From NCBI GenBank assembly GCA_037447605.1, contig CM074806.1, positions 3,720,001 through 3,784,000 of the forward strand: DNA of 64,000 nt. Reading direction: 5' to 3'. Shown here piece after piece: positions 1 through 12,606 of the stretch. The DNA is from Zygnema circumcarinatum SAG 698-1b. Taxonomy: Eukaryota; Plantae; Zygnematophyceae. The translations under genes were made by a program, and so were the position numbers. Below the pieces are notes generated by a model. That model did not search any database and was not told where the DNA came from. It worked only from the letters and a program-made list of their open reading frames with translations. Every line of letters starts with the position of its first letter. The first letter of the stretch is position 1.

Positions 1-19
1 TTCATTTGGATGCAAGCAG

Positions 20-836
20 ATTGTGCACGCCCTGTCGGTGTCTTTAAACAAGCAGGGAGATCTGCGGTATTACGCTGGCGATGTTACCGCTGCGCGCACA
101 TTCTATATGAAGGCTCTCGAGATCCGGCAGGTGGCGCTTGGAAGTAGAAAACCAGAATTTAGTCCGTCCTTGGTGTGTCTTCCAACCTTTCACCAGCTGG
201 TTAATCCTGACATACAAGTAGGCATACATTTCTTCAGTAAACTGAGTTTGAAAGCAGTCGTGGCGATATGTTGTCGTAACAAATATCGAAGAATGCAGTG
301 TGGCTATGTCGCATGCGTTTGATGCATGGGTCCATCTAGTCCCCATCATCATCATCATCATCATGGTCCCCCTAGTGCTTAGTACCCCCATACAGTCCAT
401 ACTACAAAACCAAAAGAGAAGATTCTATAGAGGGGAATGATTTCGTGCGTGGGATTGCACACTGTCTCCATTAAGGCTGCCTTGAACTGTATCTTCTTCT
501 GCAGGTTCTGGACGTGGCGGTGGCCTTGGCAAAAGTGGCGGATGTTGAACGAAGCCTTGGAAATGAGGGGAAAGCAATAGACGGGTTCAATCAGGCCGCG
601 GAAATGGCCAAATCGGCTGTTGCGTCGGATCCCGTGCTTGAGAGAAGGGTGAGTTCTGAGTTTTTGTTTAACATGCTGTGGCGTGAGCATTTTATAGCTA
701 GAAACCTTCTTGGTGTAATGTAGCTCATAAAGGGGGCTGCATGCAGCTGCCATGCATGTACTCAGGGGCGTTCTGTTTCTTCCTGCAGAAACAAACCACG
801 ATCGAGTTTATTTGTGAACAAACACAAGTCGTTTGA
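20..836 (+). CDS. NCA1: 3' end of NCA1-like (NO CATALASE ACTIVITY 1) TPR catalase chaperone; exons 20-172, 505-648, 789-836; 5' part lies outside the window
   Basis: The spliced product IVHALSVSLNKQGDLRYYAGDVTAARTFYMKALEIR...VLDVAVALAKVADVERSLGNE...LERRKQTTIEFICEQTQVV* resembles the NCA1 C-terminal TPR region (SVSLNKIGDLKYY, DVAVSLAKVAD; recalled, not searched). Both introns are GT-AG, phase 0. Confidence 0.85.
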
Positions 837-1520
837 GGATTCTCTTTGGATGAATGGATTCCTCGCGGAACTCGCGGAGGCCTTTGAAATATTGTGGAAA
901 TCTGTTCGAGTATCTAAGCAAGCTTGATATGGCTAACACTGCGCGAGTGATCTTTGTACGTCTTTTTGAAGGTTACTTTGGGATGGCGTGTGATCCTTTT
1001 CTAATCACATGTCGTATGATACTCCTGAACTCTCTGGGATATATGGGTCTCGTCGTGTGTTTTGTGATCCTATTTGAAATGGCATCCTCGTTTCAATAAC
1101 AATATCAAACACAGGCAGAAGTCAAAATCACCCCAAGCAATTCAGGTAGTGCACTCCAAGACATCGCATCCAAATACCTGCAAGCTTCACGTCCATGAGA
1201 CGATGATCAGATCAGATATCATCAAAGGCCTCCGGTTATGCTATTTGCGTCTTCCTATGGTGTGTTACTCGTAAGAATAACAGATAGGGACAGCAACCCC
1301 CTGGATCCTCCTACTTTTTGCAATTAACGGATAAACACTGCACTACATTTCACATTCAGTCCGTCTGTCTTTGAAGCCTTCAATTGGCTCGACAGTGGTG
1401 GATACCTTGTCGTCCTCTGTGGCTTCACTTGCTTTCACGGTGCAACTCATTACGTTTTGTTATATTGGCTTCAGATTGAGCCGAAAAACGCATAGACTGT
1501 TAGACTGTTAGGGCGAAAAT

Positions 1521-1766
1521 GGTATTGAACTCACGATGGCGAGGCCGCCAGACTGTTAGACTGTTCGTTGGTAAGCGGTGAATGTAATCGGTTTGAGTTG
1601 GCCTTTTTTGCGCCTGCTTCTTGAGCATGTTGTTTGGGCTTGGCAGCAGAGTTCATCTCGTAACTTTACTTTCAGTCCTTAGGACCTTGATGACCGGTTC
1701 CTCGTGGTTCTCCGTGTTGTTGCTGTCCATGTACATTCATGGCATCGCCATCGCGAGACCAATGCC
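1521..1766. mobile_element. MITE (PIF/Harbinger/Tourist-like), 246 bp, 26-bp imperfect TIRs, AAT target-site duplication
   Basis: The left end GGTATTGAACTCACGATGGCGAGGCC matches the reverse complement of the right end (GGCATTGGTCTCGCGATGGCGATGCC) at 21/26 positions. AAT flanks both sides (1518-1520, 1767-1769). Related ends occur at 33083, 40170, 59230, 59481 and 60085. Confidence 0.7.
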
Positions 1767-1839
1767 AATTCATTTCCATCTTGTTGAGATCCGTACAAAT
1801 TGGGGGATTTTTCCGCTTCCCCAGTTCCAACCGCACATC

Positions 1840-2160
1840 GCCACGTGGTTGCAAAGATCGACGTGGATACCACGTGGGCACTTACTGCCACGCTGGCCCC
1901 CCGTGGTAACCGCCGCTCGAAGTGGCGCGAGTGGCTCCGGCGCAAGTATGGCAACCGGGGCGGCCGCTCGAAAATCTGCTACGTGGCGAGCACTGAATGG
2001 CCCTTTCCCTTGTCAATCTGACGTGGCGCGTTTGGAGAGGCGCTGATGGAGGCCCACCCGGAATCCGGCCACAACGGCGCGCCACGTGGGCCACAACCCA
2101 GCTGAATAGCCACGTGGCAGACCTTCAGACGTCCTGCTCGTGGAGTGCGCCACGTGGCCT
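1840..2160. promoter_or_regulatory. G-box/ABRE-like (ACGTGG) cluster upstream of the PLD gene
   Basis: Eight ACGTGG cores in ~320 bp (1843, 1861, 1872, 1981, 2021, 2084, 2112, 2152), ~600 bp upstream of the PLD ATG. Function is inferred. Confidence 0.45.
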
Positions 2161-2735
2161 CCTGCAGGACCGCCTCCCCATCCCATTGCTGCAGGAGAGC
2201 GTTCAGAGTGAAGGAGGTCTCCGCCTGGCCTCTCTTCCCGGCCCTCTGGGTGTCTTCCTGCAATCTGGCGGCTACATTATTTGCTAATCGACAGAGATAA
2301 AGGTGATTTTCTCCCTTCGTCTGCATTCGGAATGGCGCTTTCTGCTTGTTCTATCAGCGAGCAGAACTCGGTCAATATTTTATTAAAGGGGTTGAATTGA
2401 ACGGCACCATGATCGTGAATGAAAAATTAGAAGGTGTTGAATGTGAGAACTGCGGATTGGATTGGTCTCAGTTGACTTGAAAGTGAAAAAAGACAAGTAA
2501 CTGATGTATGGAAAGGCCGCCAGTGCATGTCTTGCCCTCTTTCTCACCGTCTGCAGATTATTCTTTGCTCAAAATCCCGCTGTTTATCTTGTTTATCTTT
2601 ATCTTGGCTCTTTGTCTTTTACTTAACTGTGGGTAGCATGCAAAGCAAACCTTTCTAGGCCAGCAAAAATGCCAAGGGTTCCAATGTCTTTCAAGCTTTC
2701 TCTCTGCTCTCACCTGGCGTGCAGCCTCGCAGAAA

Positions 2736-5700
2736 ATGGCGGAGGAGATTGCAGGCACTCCTCGTCTTCTGTACGGGGCGCTTCATATGACGGTTTTTGA
2801 AGCGAAAAACTGCATAAGCGAGGCGCCCATTTCCCAAAAGGCATCTGGATTTATAAAAGGAGTAGGTTTCGGAATTTCCATGTTGGGCTTCTTTGCTTGG
2901 ACTCCAAGGAATTGCCAAGCGCTGTGTGGTCAGAAGAAAAAGAAAGAAGAAAGAGTTATTGCTCGACGCTTGTGAAATGGGCTAGTGAAATTTTGTATGT
3001 TTGAGGAAAGTCATCGCTTCGAGCAAACGAATGTGCACGTCCTGGTTAAATTGCAAAGTAGGATTTTGGAACGATGGGTCGCGGTTGCATTCCTGTTTTG
3101 CCGACTTGTTAGATTGACAGCTATGATGATGCGTAATTTTTTTAAAATTGTTACATGTCCACTGCATAGTATTAGTTTGACTTAAGTGGCCGTATCTGAG
3201 CGACTTGTGTAGAAGCCATAGATAGCTTCTCTTCCTGAACTTCACTTTCAGACTTGATCACTTCCTTACTCTCTGTCCATTCAACTCATCCATACACATC
3301 ACATCACATCCATCCATCCGAATCCAAGTGGTGATTTCGATGACCATGGTTCTATCACTTTGCTTAATCATCCTTACTAACGACATATCAACATGAGCCA
3401 ACAAGCATTGCAGGTTATTCACCAATGTGAAGATTTTTGTCTGCTTGTTCTTGGAAATCATTTATATTATGGTTTCAGTAATTTATTGCTGTGAGCGCAT
3501 GTCTTACAGATGCTAGAGGGAGTAGAGAGAGTTGCTGGATACAACAACAAGGAGTCCGATTGTTATGTCACCGTAGACCTTCACACAGCTCGGGTGGGCA
3601 GAACAAGCGTGGTCAGTGGAACAATTGACCCTGTTTGGAATGAAAAATTCCTTATTTATTGCGCCCACAAAGTCACCTCGGTACTGGTGGCAGTGAAGGA
3701 TGACCAAGATTTTGGAGCACGAAAACTAGGAGTAGTTCATGTTCCTGTTGAGCAGGTGCTCTCGGGAGTGCCAGTAGAGGGATGGCATGACCTTGTCGAT
3801 GAGAAGGGAAGAAAAGTTCGATCTGGCGCGTCCATTAACTTCCGGCTTCAGTATTATCCTGCAAGCGCTGATCCAGCATATGATGGAGGAGTGGGAGATG
3901 GGTCACGTCACTCACCAGATATCAACCATGTGTATTTTCCACCCAGAAAAGGCTGTCGGGTGCATCTATTTCAGGACGCCCATGTTGCTGACGATGTGCT
4001 CCCAGAGATTTACCTTGCACACGGAGAAGTCTACAACCCACGGAGATGCTGGGAGGAAATGTACTCGGCCTTGGTTCATGCAAAACATGTCATTTACATC
4101 GCAGGTTGGTCTGTGATGGACAAGATTACACTTGTGAGGGACCTGAACCGCCACACTGGAGTCGAAGACATAACACTTGGAGAGCTATTAAAAAGAAAGG
4201 CGGAGGAGGGAGTGGCAGTACTTCTCCTTGTTTGGGACGATAAAACAAGCGTCAATAGCTCATTTTTAAAAGATGGAATCATGGCGACTCATGATGAGGA
4301 TACTGAGCTATTTTTTAAGGGCTCAAGGGTGCGTTGCGTTTTGTGCCCGAGGGATCCGGACAAGAGCCTTTCGTGGTTTCAAGGCGTTCAGGTGTGCTGT
4401 GATCTCCTCAGCCCTTTCCTAGATTTATCAAGCATTCAGGAGGGATCTAGTAAGGCGGTCTGTTATTCATTGTCAGTAAGTTTAGTTATGCTGTGCTACT
4501 TGTTGTGTGTTTCTATGCTCTTGTTCTATCACTAGTGTGTCAGGCTATAACGTTTGGGTTGCAAACTTCAGCCAAAGCAGACTTCCTGGTGCGGTTTGGA
4601 GCCGGTATGTAACCTTTCTTGGGATTCCTACAGATGTGAAATATTGCTGACCTCAGAATTATTTCAGGTTTCTCTTGCTGAAGCCTTTATGTGATGCTCT
4701 CTCATACTCCTGCTGTGTTTCTTTCCTTTGTTGAACAGATTGGTAACATGTTCACCCACCACCAGAAGACAGTAGTTGTGGATTCGCCTATTCCTGGAGA
4801 CACATATTCGGGCAATCGCCGCTTAATGGCCTTCGTGGGAGGAATTGACCTTTGCAATGGCCGCTATGACGATCAAAGACACCATCTCTTTCGCACCTTA
4901 GACTCAGTACATGCCAAGGACTACCTTCAGAGCAGCATCCCAGACGCAGAGATCAAAAAGGGTGGCCCGCGAGAACCGTGGCATGACATTCATTCTAGAC
5001 TCGAGGGGCCGGTGGCTTGGGATGTTCTGAATAACTTCGAACAGAGATGGCTGAAACAGGCTGGCGAGAGAAACGAACATCTTTTACTAAAAGTGCCTGA
5101 TGTCGCAGAGATAGACCCACCCGCAGCTGTCACTCGCGAGGACGATCCGGAAGCATGGACTGTGCAGATTCTGCGTTCCATAGACACAGGGTCTGTAGGG
5201 GGCTTTCCTGAAAACCCAGAGGATATCTTCAAAGCTGGATTGGTTAGCGGCAAAGGAAATACAGTCGATAGGAGTGCTCAAGATGGCTATATCCAAGCGA
5301 TTCGAAGAGCAAAGCACTTCATTTACATCGAAAATCAGTACTTTCTAGGAGGCTGCCACATGTGGGACTCGGACCAGGATGTGGGCTGCTTCCAGCTCAT
5401 TCCGATAGAGATTGCCATAAAAATCTGTAAGAAGATAGAAGCAGGAGAGAGGTTTGTTGCATACATTGCCATTCCCTTATATCCGGACGGCATCATTGAT
5501 GCTGCGTCGACTCAAGAAATCTTGCATTGGGAGACAAACACAAAGGCAATGATGTATGGTATGATTGCGGAGGCCTTGAGGAAACATGGCCGGCCGCACG
5601 AGTCTCCCAAGGACTACTTGAGCTTCTTCTGCCTCGGCCAACGGGAGGCAGAACGCCCCGGAGAGTTTGTACCTGTTGAGAGGCCGGACGAGGAAACACA

Positions 5701-6415
5701 ATATTACAGAGCGCAAATCAATCGACGATTCATGATCTACATACACTCCAAGTTGATGATTGGTAAGACTATTGCTTAAGCCATCACAGTTGCTTCATCA
5801 TCTGGGTGCTGCCTGATCACTCCCGACACCTGCCTCGCCATGGTTTGCATGTGCATACCTTGTCGTCCTCTATCCAATTCAACTCCCCTTCAGCTGTTGC
5901 TGGCCTTGTTTCTCGATTCAGCAATTGTTACTGTTCAAACATTCCTAACTCGCTTCGTGCCTCTTGATTTTCCAGTGGATGACGAGTTTGTCATTATCGG
6001 ATCTGCGAACATCAATCAACGGTCGATGGATGGCTCACGCGACTCTGAGATATGCATGGCAGCCTATCAGCCGCACCACACAACTGCGACAAGCCGTAAT
6101 GGTGCTCCTAGAGGGCAAGTTCACGGTTTCCGTATGGCCCTCTGGGCTGAGCACACGGGCCAGCTTGAACAAGTGTACTTGGAACCTCAGTCACTGAATT
6201 GTGTGCGAAGACTGAATGAACTTGGCGATCGAAACTGGGAAGTATACACGGCACACGAGATCATGGACATGCCCGGGCATTTGATGTCGTATCCAATCAC
6301 CGTCAGACAGGATGGCAGCGTTGGCCCATTGCCCGGTTGTGAAAATGTTCCGGATACTTCTTCCTTACTGCTGGGGAAGAAATCCGGAATGTTGCCAGAC
6401 ATCCTTACGACCTAA
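2736..6415 (+). CDS. PLD: C2-type phospholipase D (PLD alpha-like); exons 2736-2861, 3510-4391, 4739-5762, 5976-6415; ~823 aa
   Basis: N-terminal C2 domain (YVTVDL...RVGRT...PVWNE), IYIAGWS, HKD1 (THHQKTVVVD), PREPWHDIHS, FIYIENQYFLG, HKD2 (IYIHSKLMIVDDE..IIGSANINQRSMDG.RDSEI) and C-terminal PDILTT. GT-AG junctions keep the frame (2472 nt). Confidence 0.95.
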
Positions 6416-7848
6416 GGGACGGCAGGGACCAGTCGCAAAGACACTGAAGGTTTGTGCGTGACAGCTTTTCTGCTTTCCCTGCTTGTCGTTGTTGGCCTTT
6501 TAACTAGCTGACTTCCCGTTGAGCATGTGTGGGTATGGGGGATTTTTTGAACCACTTGAACCATATACGTTGATCAGTTTCCGTCTTTGTTTCTCGATCA
6601 TAGTTGGTTGTTTATGAACACCCATTTCAGCTTTGAGGCAGGTGGCCGCAGCCTGTAGTAATTATAGCCCATGTGATGTGGCTCCCATGATTGTGCACCT
6701 GCAACCTCCTGCTCGATGCCGATTCATCGTCGCTGTCTGCAGGAAATCCGGATAATTGAATCTGCAGATTAATGCGCTGGCACCGTTATTTATACATTTA
6801 TTCAAAGTTTTCCAACTAGGCTGAATACAGAGATTGTAAAGTAGATCAAGCTGCAGATGGCAAGAAGTGTTGGCTTGGAAGTGGGTCGTAACGTTATTTA
6901 GATACCCAGCGTTTCTTATTGTTTTGTTCCGCATTGTGCAGCATTTCATCATCAAAATTGGCTTTTTCTCTGACTGTGGCGGTGGTTGATCGACATCCGT
7001 AAGGCAATTCAACTTTTCATGAACAGCGTTTTTCTTCGGTGGCATTCTTTTGGTGGTAATGCAGGGCAGGCCTGCAGGAGAGAGCCAAGGATACTCGTGA
7101 AATTATCTTTTATGTGTAATTTATAAGTTACGGAGGCACTTCCCGTACTATGCTGACGACTATCTCTGCTAAACTCGTAAAGGACAGGCGCGTTTGCTCC
7201 TCTTGAAAATGCAAATTTGTAAAATACAGAAGAGTGCAGACACTTTTCGAATGTGTTCATATTCACTGCTGACGTTTTTTTATATGCGGCAAAGCTTTAT
7301 GCTTGAGCTACATCCTAACGAGCAGTTTTGTTTCTCAATTGCATTGAATATTTGGAGGTGATTTCCATAAGACATAGAAGAACTCACGCTGGCGTTTTTT
7401 TCATACTTGAAATTGTTGTGCGCTTGGTTCTAGCCGTGCCTATCAAGTGCCTGCAGTGTGTTCTGACTTCCGCTCGTGAGTTCATGAATCAGCAAAGCTG
7501 CTAGTTTGAACTTGCAAAAAAGCTATATTGAAGCAGTGTTACACCATGCAATGCGTGGTTAAAGGAACAACAAAAGCCGCCAATAGGTCACCATTCGCAT
7601 CTTGTTGTTTGCATGTTGCATTGCGCGTGTCTTCGCCCACATTGCAATCAAGCTCCTTCGAATAAGGCTCCTCAATGTCACAAAGTAGTGGAGCTCGTGA
7701 AATAGGGAAAGGAAGTGGCATTGATCGAGAAATACGATTCTGAAATAGTACATCCTTATGCGTGCGCGGGCGCATGCCTCGTATTCCCCCCTAGGGCATG
7801 TCACACATGCAAAAATCAAAGGACGTTAGTCCTTCACTAGCACAGTAG

Positions 7849-7862
7849 CAACAACAACAGTG

Positions 7863-7892
<30 letters not shown>
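7849..7892 (+). repeat. (CAA)n microsatellite
   Basis: An interrupted CAA run with 10 perfect units at 7863-7892, upstream of the oxidoreductase gene. Confidence 0.9.
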
Positions 7893-7894
<2 letters not shown>

Positions 7895-8184
7895 GCAGCA
7901 TGAACAAGAAAGTTGTGTTGCTTGGCGACTCCGTCGCACGCCGTCCTTGCAAAGCGCAGCCGCTCTCAAAAGGTGAAGATCCTGGAGGGGATTTAGGGTT
8001 GGCTTTCAAAGCCATCATCCCTGCAGCTGCTGGCAGCCGAGTGCTGAGCTCCCGGAGGCGGCGCTTGGCAGACCTGTTGCAATCCTCTTTCCCTTTCTTT
8101 TCCTTAGGCCGTTGAAGTCGAGGGCATTCGCGGGAGGCTTCTGCACGTAATATTGAAGGGTTTGGCGTCCGTTCTCTGGGACTG

Positions 8185-11100
8185 ATGGTGACTTCAGGGA
8201 AGCTTTTTGCTCCCAGCACTACAGTTGCAGGACTGCAGCTTGTTTCAGAATTATGTACCAGCTGTAATTCCTCGTTGTCGGTTAAACGTAATTTAAGGTT
8301 TTCTACACAGTTATTGCTGAATAGCAGGAAATTTTATGAGAAGCCCGCAGGGGTTAGACGAGGCCTATCCGGTTATCAAGAACTTGAAAGCAGAAAGTAT
8401 TCGCAAAGGCTGGGGTCGTTAGAGGCAATCAGCGTAAACAAACACTCGTTATTGGAGTCTGTTCAACCCACCACAAGGGTTAGAGTAACAATTGCAACGT
8501 CTGCTATGCAAGAGGATGGCTTTGAAGGGCGCGGTGATGATGGTTCATGGGATTCAGAGCCGGGTAGTAGGTTTGCAGAAGGGACACAAAGGAAATTTAG
8601 TTCAAGAGGAAACAATGGCCAATTTGGACAGCGACGACCAAATTCGAGCAGCAATGGCTCAGAATTCAGGAGTAGTGATCGTAGTGAGCGGGGTAGGGGT
8701 GTCGAAGCTAGACAATTTCCGTCTAAAGGCCCAGGTGGTAGGAGCAGTAGTTTGAGAGGAAGGGATGAGACACGGAGCTTTGGAGGTCGAGGCGATTTGG
8801 CGAGGAAGAGTGAACCGGAACGAAGAGGTGGAGAAGGTAGGAGCAGAGGGAGAGGAATTGCTGCAAATGGAAAGGATGTCCAATTCAGGAGAGTGGCATC
8901 TAATGCCGACGATGAAAATGTCCAAGACAACAAAGTCAGTGTCGATCACAGAAGGGAACGCACAAAAAGTAAACATCCAGCAGTGCGGGAGCAGGTTTCA
9001 TTTGTCGAGCCTATGAGCAGTGATCCAAATATCGCTATCATTGGTGGGGGAATCTCCGGCATCGTTTGCGCGCTAACACTTGCAGAAAGGGGTATTCGTT
9101 CGACTCTTTTCGACACGGTTAGCTTCTGGTTTCCTTTGTAAATTTGCAGGTGTCCTCCTTACAAGCCTCTTCATTGTCCCAGGCACTGCATCTTTGAGGA
9201 GAAAGTATTGTATCGTTATCGTTGTCAATCTGTTGTTTTCCTAGGCTAGGTCCTGTTTTTTTTACTTTTCCCATCCCTCTAATCTCCCTCTACTCTTTAG
9301 CATCAGCACTCGTTTTTTTTTTCTCCATTCCCTATAGGCGAAAACTAATTATTCTTTTTGGAGGGCCAGGGAAAGCATGGACTAGGAGGGCGAATGGCAA
9401 CTCGCCACGTGGAGTACAGGGGGGACGCCGTTATGACCTTTGACCATGCTGCTCAATTTTTTACTGTCTCAGACCCGCGGTTTCAACGGTTGGTGGATAG
9501 GTGGCAAGAAGACGGCCTTGTAAAGGAATGGAAGGGTGTAATTGGGACAATTCAGGCAGGGGGGAGTTTTGTGGAACTACCTCTCGAACGGCGGTACGTT
9601 GGGATTGGTGGAATGCGAGCTCTCTGCGACAGGCTGGCTGAGCAGGTCTGACTTTGAATTGACATGCATACTGGTGAAGGCCACGGGGTTCAAGCCGAAT
9701 CTGGCACAGGCGAAATGTCGTCGATTCTATTTTGGTTCCTTTTGCTTTGCCAGTTAGAAGTGGCAACTTGGAGTTTAGATGTTATCAAAGAGATGTAGAG
9801 GTGTTCTGCAGGCCTGTTTCATTTGAGATGCTGTGTCCCTGTAATGCTCTTCAGCCAGTCATTTCTGCTCAACAGTTTGTTTTAGTTTGTCAACTGACAG
9901 CAGAAAACGTTTGCAGCTTTGCTTTCTCCCACTTGGTCAGAAGGTCTTGCCCGCGCCCAGTTGGGCCTTGGGTTTATTTGGAGTGTTTGTGTACACTCTC
10001 CATTGAAACTCGGTTGATCTTTGTGTGGGTTCATGACAGAGCCCACTAATAACAGTGAAACGGCCAGTATGGATTAGTCATTTGCACCCAATGAGCCATC
10101 AGTGGGGGCTGCGTGAGAACAGTCAACGAGAAGGCGATTTTGATGCCGTTGTTATCGCACACAATGGTATGTCCACGATTCTCTAGCTTTCATCAACTCC
10201 AGCTTCTTGTAAAGCCTGAAGGCCTGCATTTGGAATGCAGTAGCGTGCTAGTCTATCCTTCTTCTTCTTACAAAACTAGTTGCTGTACCGCCCCACATTT
10301 CAAATTCCAGTTCTCCTATGGTTAACAAACAAGTGAGGGGGTTCCAAGTTCCTCATAGTTTCCCTCCACGTGGGAAATCGAAAAGCTTCATCTACCTATC
10401 CTCCTGCGTACTTTAGCTTTTCTCATTCATCATTGTAATGGTTTCAACACCATCAACATTGTACATTTTTTCTACATCTTATTGTTTTTACAAAAAAAAA
10501 ACACTTGCAGAGTTTGGTTTTCATTTCACTGACATGCAAGATTTTGGTGGGTGCCATCAGTAGTCGTTTTATGGTTGTCCATCATGTGATATATGTTTGG
10601 CTTTAAGAATTCAGAACGAGAGCGTGATGATTTTGTTTCAACACAGAGTCTTCCTTCACCTGATATCCATTTTTTCTGCGTAGAACTTCCCAATGCCAGA
10701 CAGCTCATCAACTGGATGAAGGTGCCTCAAATGCCTAGAGTTGGGATGTTCATGGGGGACCAGGAAAGTGCGCTAATCGATTGCTTGCACCATCGGGCGT
10801 GCCCTCCGTCGCCCGACAGATGAAGGTGAGTGGCGTGAAGGCGAGAATTGAAGAATGACCAGGAAACCTCTTAACCCTGGAAGGTGCCTGCTTGGCTATT
10901 ATTTCATATCCTGGGAAACTTTGTAGTTCTCTAAGTTCAGAACGACTGATGCTCACGCAATACACGCTGCAGTTGCATGGGCTGACTACAAGGCCGGCCC
11001 TCAAGACCAGGGCCAAAGTGGAGAGCTTTTTGTTTAGACGATTAAACACCCTTTTTGCTTAAGCTTAGTTTTGGTGTGTGACGCGCCTGATTCCGTATGT

Positions 11101-12606
11101 ATGACTGTAGGTGTGCAAGGCAATGAATTCCTTCTGGAACAGGATTTTGTGGTCATGCAATCTGGTTGGAAGGACAACCTGATTACCTTGATTCCCATGC
11201 ATTTTTAAGAAGAAGGCTGATGGCCTGTGTAATTGTATGCAGAGGTTAGAGCTGAGTGCTGTTTGGGCCCTTATGGCTGCCTTCAACGAGCCCCTTCCTC
11301 TCCCTAGAGGACTCGATCTTTCTCAAGTTTCCAGCATTGCGGGCGCGTTTGTGGAGGGAGTAGATGCAGTGTCCTGGATGGGGAACAATAGTGCCAAACA
11401 GAATGGAGAACAAAGCAGTCTTCAATGTTGGACCTTTTTCAGCAGTGCACACTACGGCAGAAAAAACAAAGTTCCTCAGGTGCCTCCACATTCTTACAGT
11501 TCTCAATAGGGGCTGTAGTAGCGTTGAATGAAATGTCCGAAGATTTCTACTTGCGTTACTTATGAGTAAACATACGGCTCAAAGAAGGGCGTCCTGATGC
11601 GTAATGGTCTAGTGAGGCACTTTACAACGGGTATTGTTACTATGTTTTAAACGAAAACAGACTGATGGGAGTCCATGTTTTTCGTTTCATTCTTGTTTTC
11701 TGTGGTGACAGGAGGCAATCCCAACCGTACGCGCACAGAAAGTGACTCAGGACATGCTTGCTGGGGTGGAGCTTGCTCTGGGCTTGACACCTGGCCAGCT
11801 GCCAACCCCCGTCTTTCAGCGCGTACAGCTCTGGTAATTTTCTTTACATATGTCTTCCGGGGATAAGGGAAAAGGATTGTTCTAGCATTCAGCAATCAGT
11901 CAATTAACAAACCAGCCTTCATGCTGCTCTTTATTTGGTGTTATCACTTCCCTAGGAGCCCGAAGACTTTTTCCTGACTATAAAGCGTAGCTGACGACTT
12001 TGCATGGTGCAGACTGATTTCTGTTCCCTTTTGTTGCGTTGCTTTTCACCTCTCTTCCCCCAGAGTTTATTTGAAGCTATATTGTTGAAGGTTCATCTGG
12101 GGAGCAGGGGAGCTGCGCTACCATTAAACGCCCCGGGGGTGGAATGCATATTCGATGCCGCTGGCCGAGTTGGAATTTGCGGAGACTGGCTGCTTGCGCC
12201 GTGTGTGGAGGGAGCGGCACTCAGCGGAATGGCCCTTGGACACCGTGTGAGTAGCTTGCCAGTTTGCTTCAGAGCCATTAGGCTTGAACTCAGGAGCGGA
12301 CTAGTGAGGGAGGAGGGAGGAGGGAGGGAGGGAGGGATGGGAAAACTCACACGCTTATCCCTCTCTCTTGTTTTTTTTTTCCTTTTCTGATGATTTTTTA
12401 AGAAAGACAGTGGTTTAACTCCCTCTGCTCTCCTGGCCTTGCAGATCTCTGACTTCCGAGACAGTGGAGGTGAGAGCGCGGAGTTTTCTATTGGTCTTGA
12501 CACTCAGTTCCAGCCGGCAGTGGCACATGACATTGGAGCCTTCCCTTCTTCCAGCGCAACGCCCAAAGAAGATGTCAAGTTGCCAGTCCTTGCCAAGGCG
12601 TCATAG
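8185..12606 (+). CDS. FAD/NAD(P)-binding oxidoreductase (renalase-like plant family) with a long R/G-rich N-terminal extension; exons 8185-9117, 9370-9645, 10040-10166, 10764-10825, 11243-11479, 11712-11833, 12108-12246, 12445-12606
   Basis: Rossmann motif IAIIGGGISG, then FDT|GKHGLGGRMATR, FDHAAQFFTV, FDAVVIAHNGKCANRLL, SWMGNNSAK, QLWGAALP and GICGDWL. All junctions are GT-AG and in frame. The start codon is uncertain. Confidence 0.9.

Noticed and set aside
7791-8219. ORFs 7900-8115 (+) and 7791-8219 (-) as separate genes
   Set aside because: They show no recognisable domain, overlap a (CAA)n tract, and most likely lie in the oxidoreductase 5' region.
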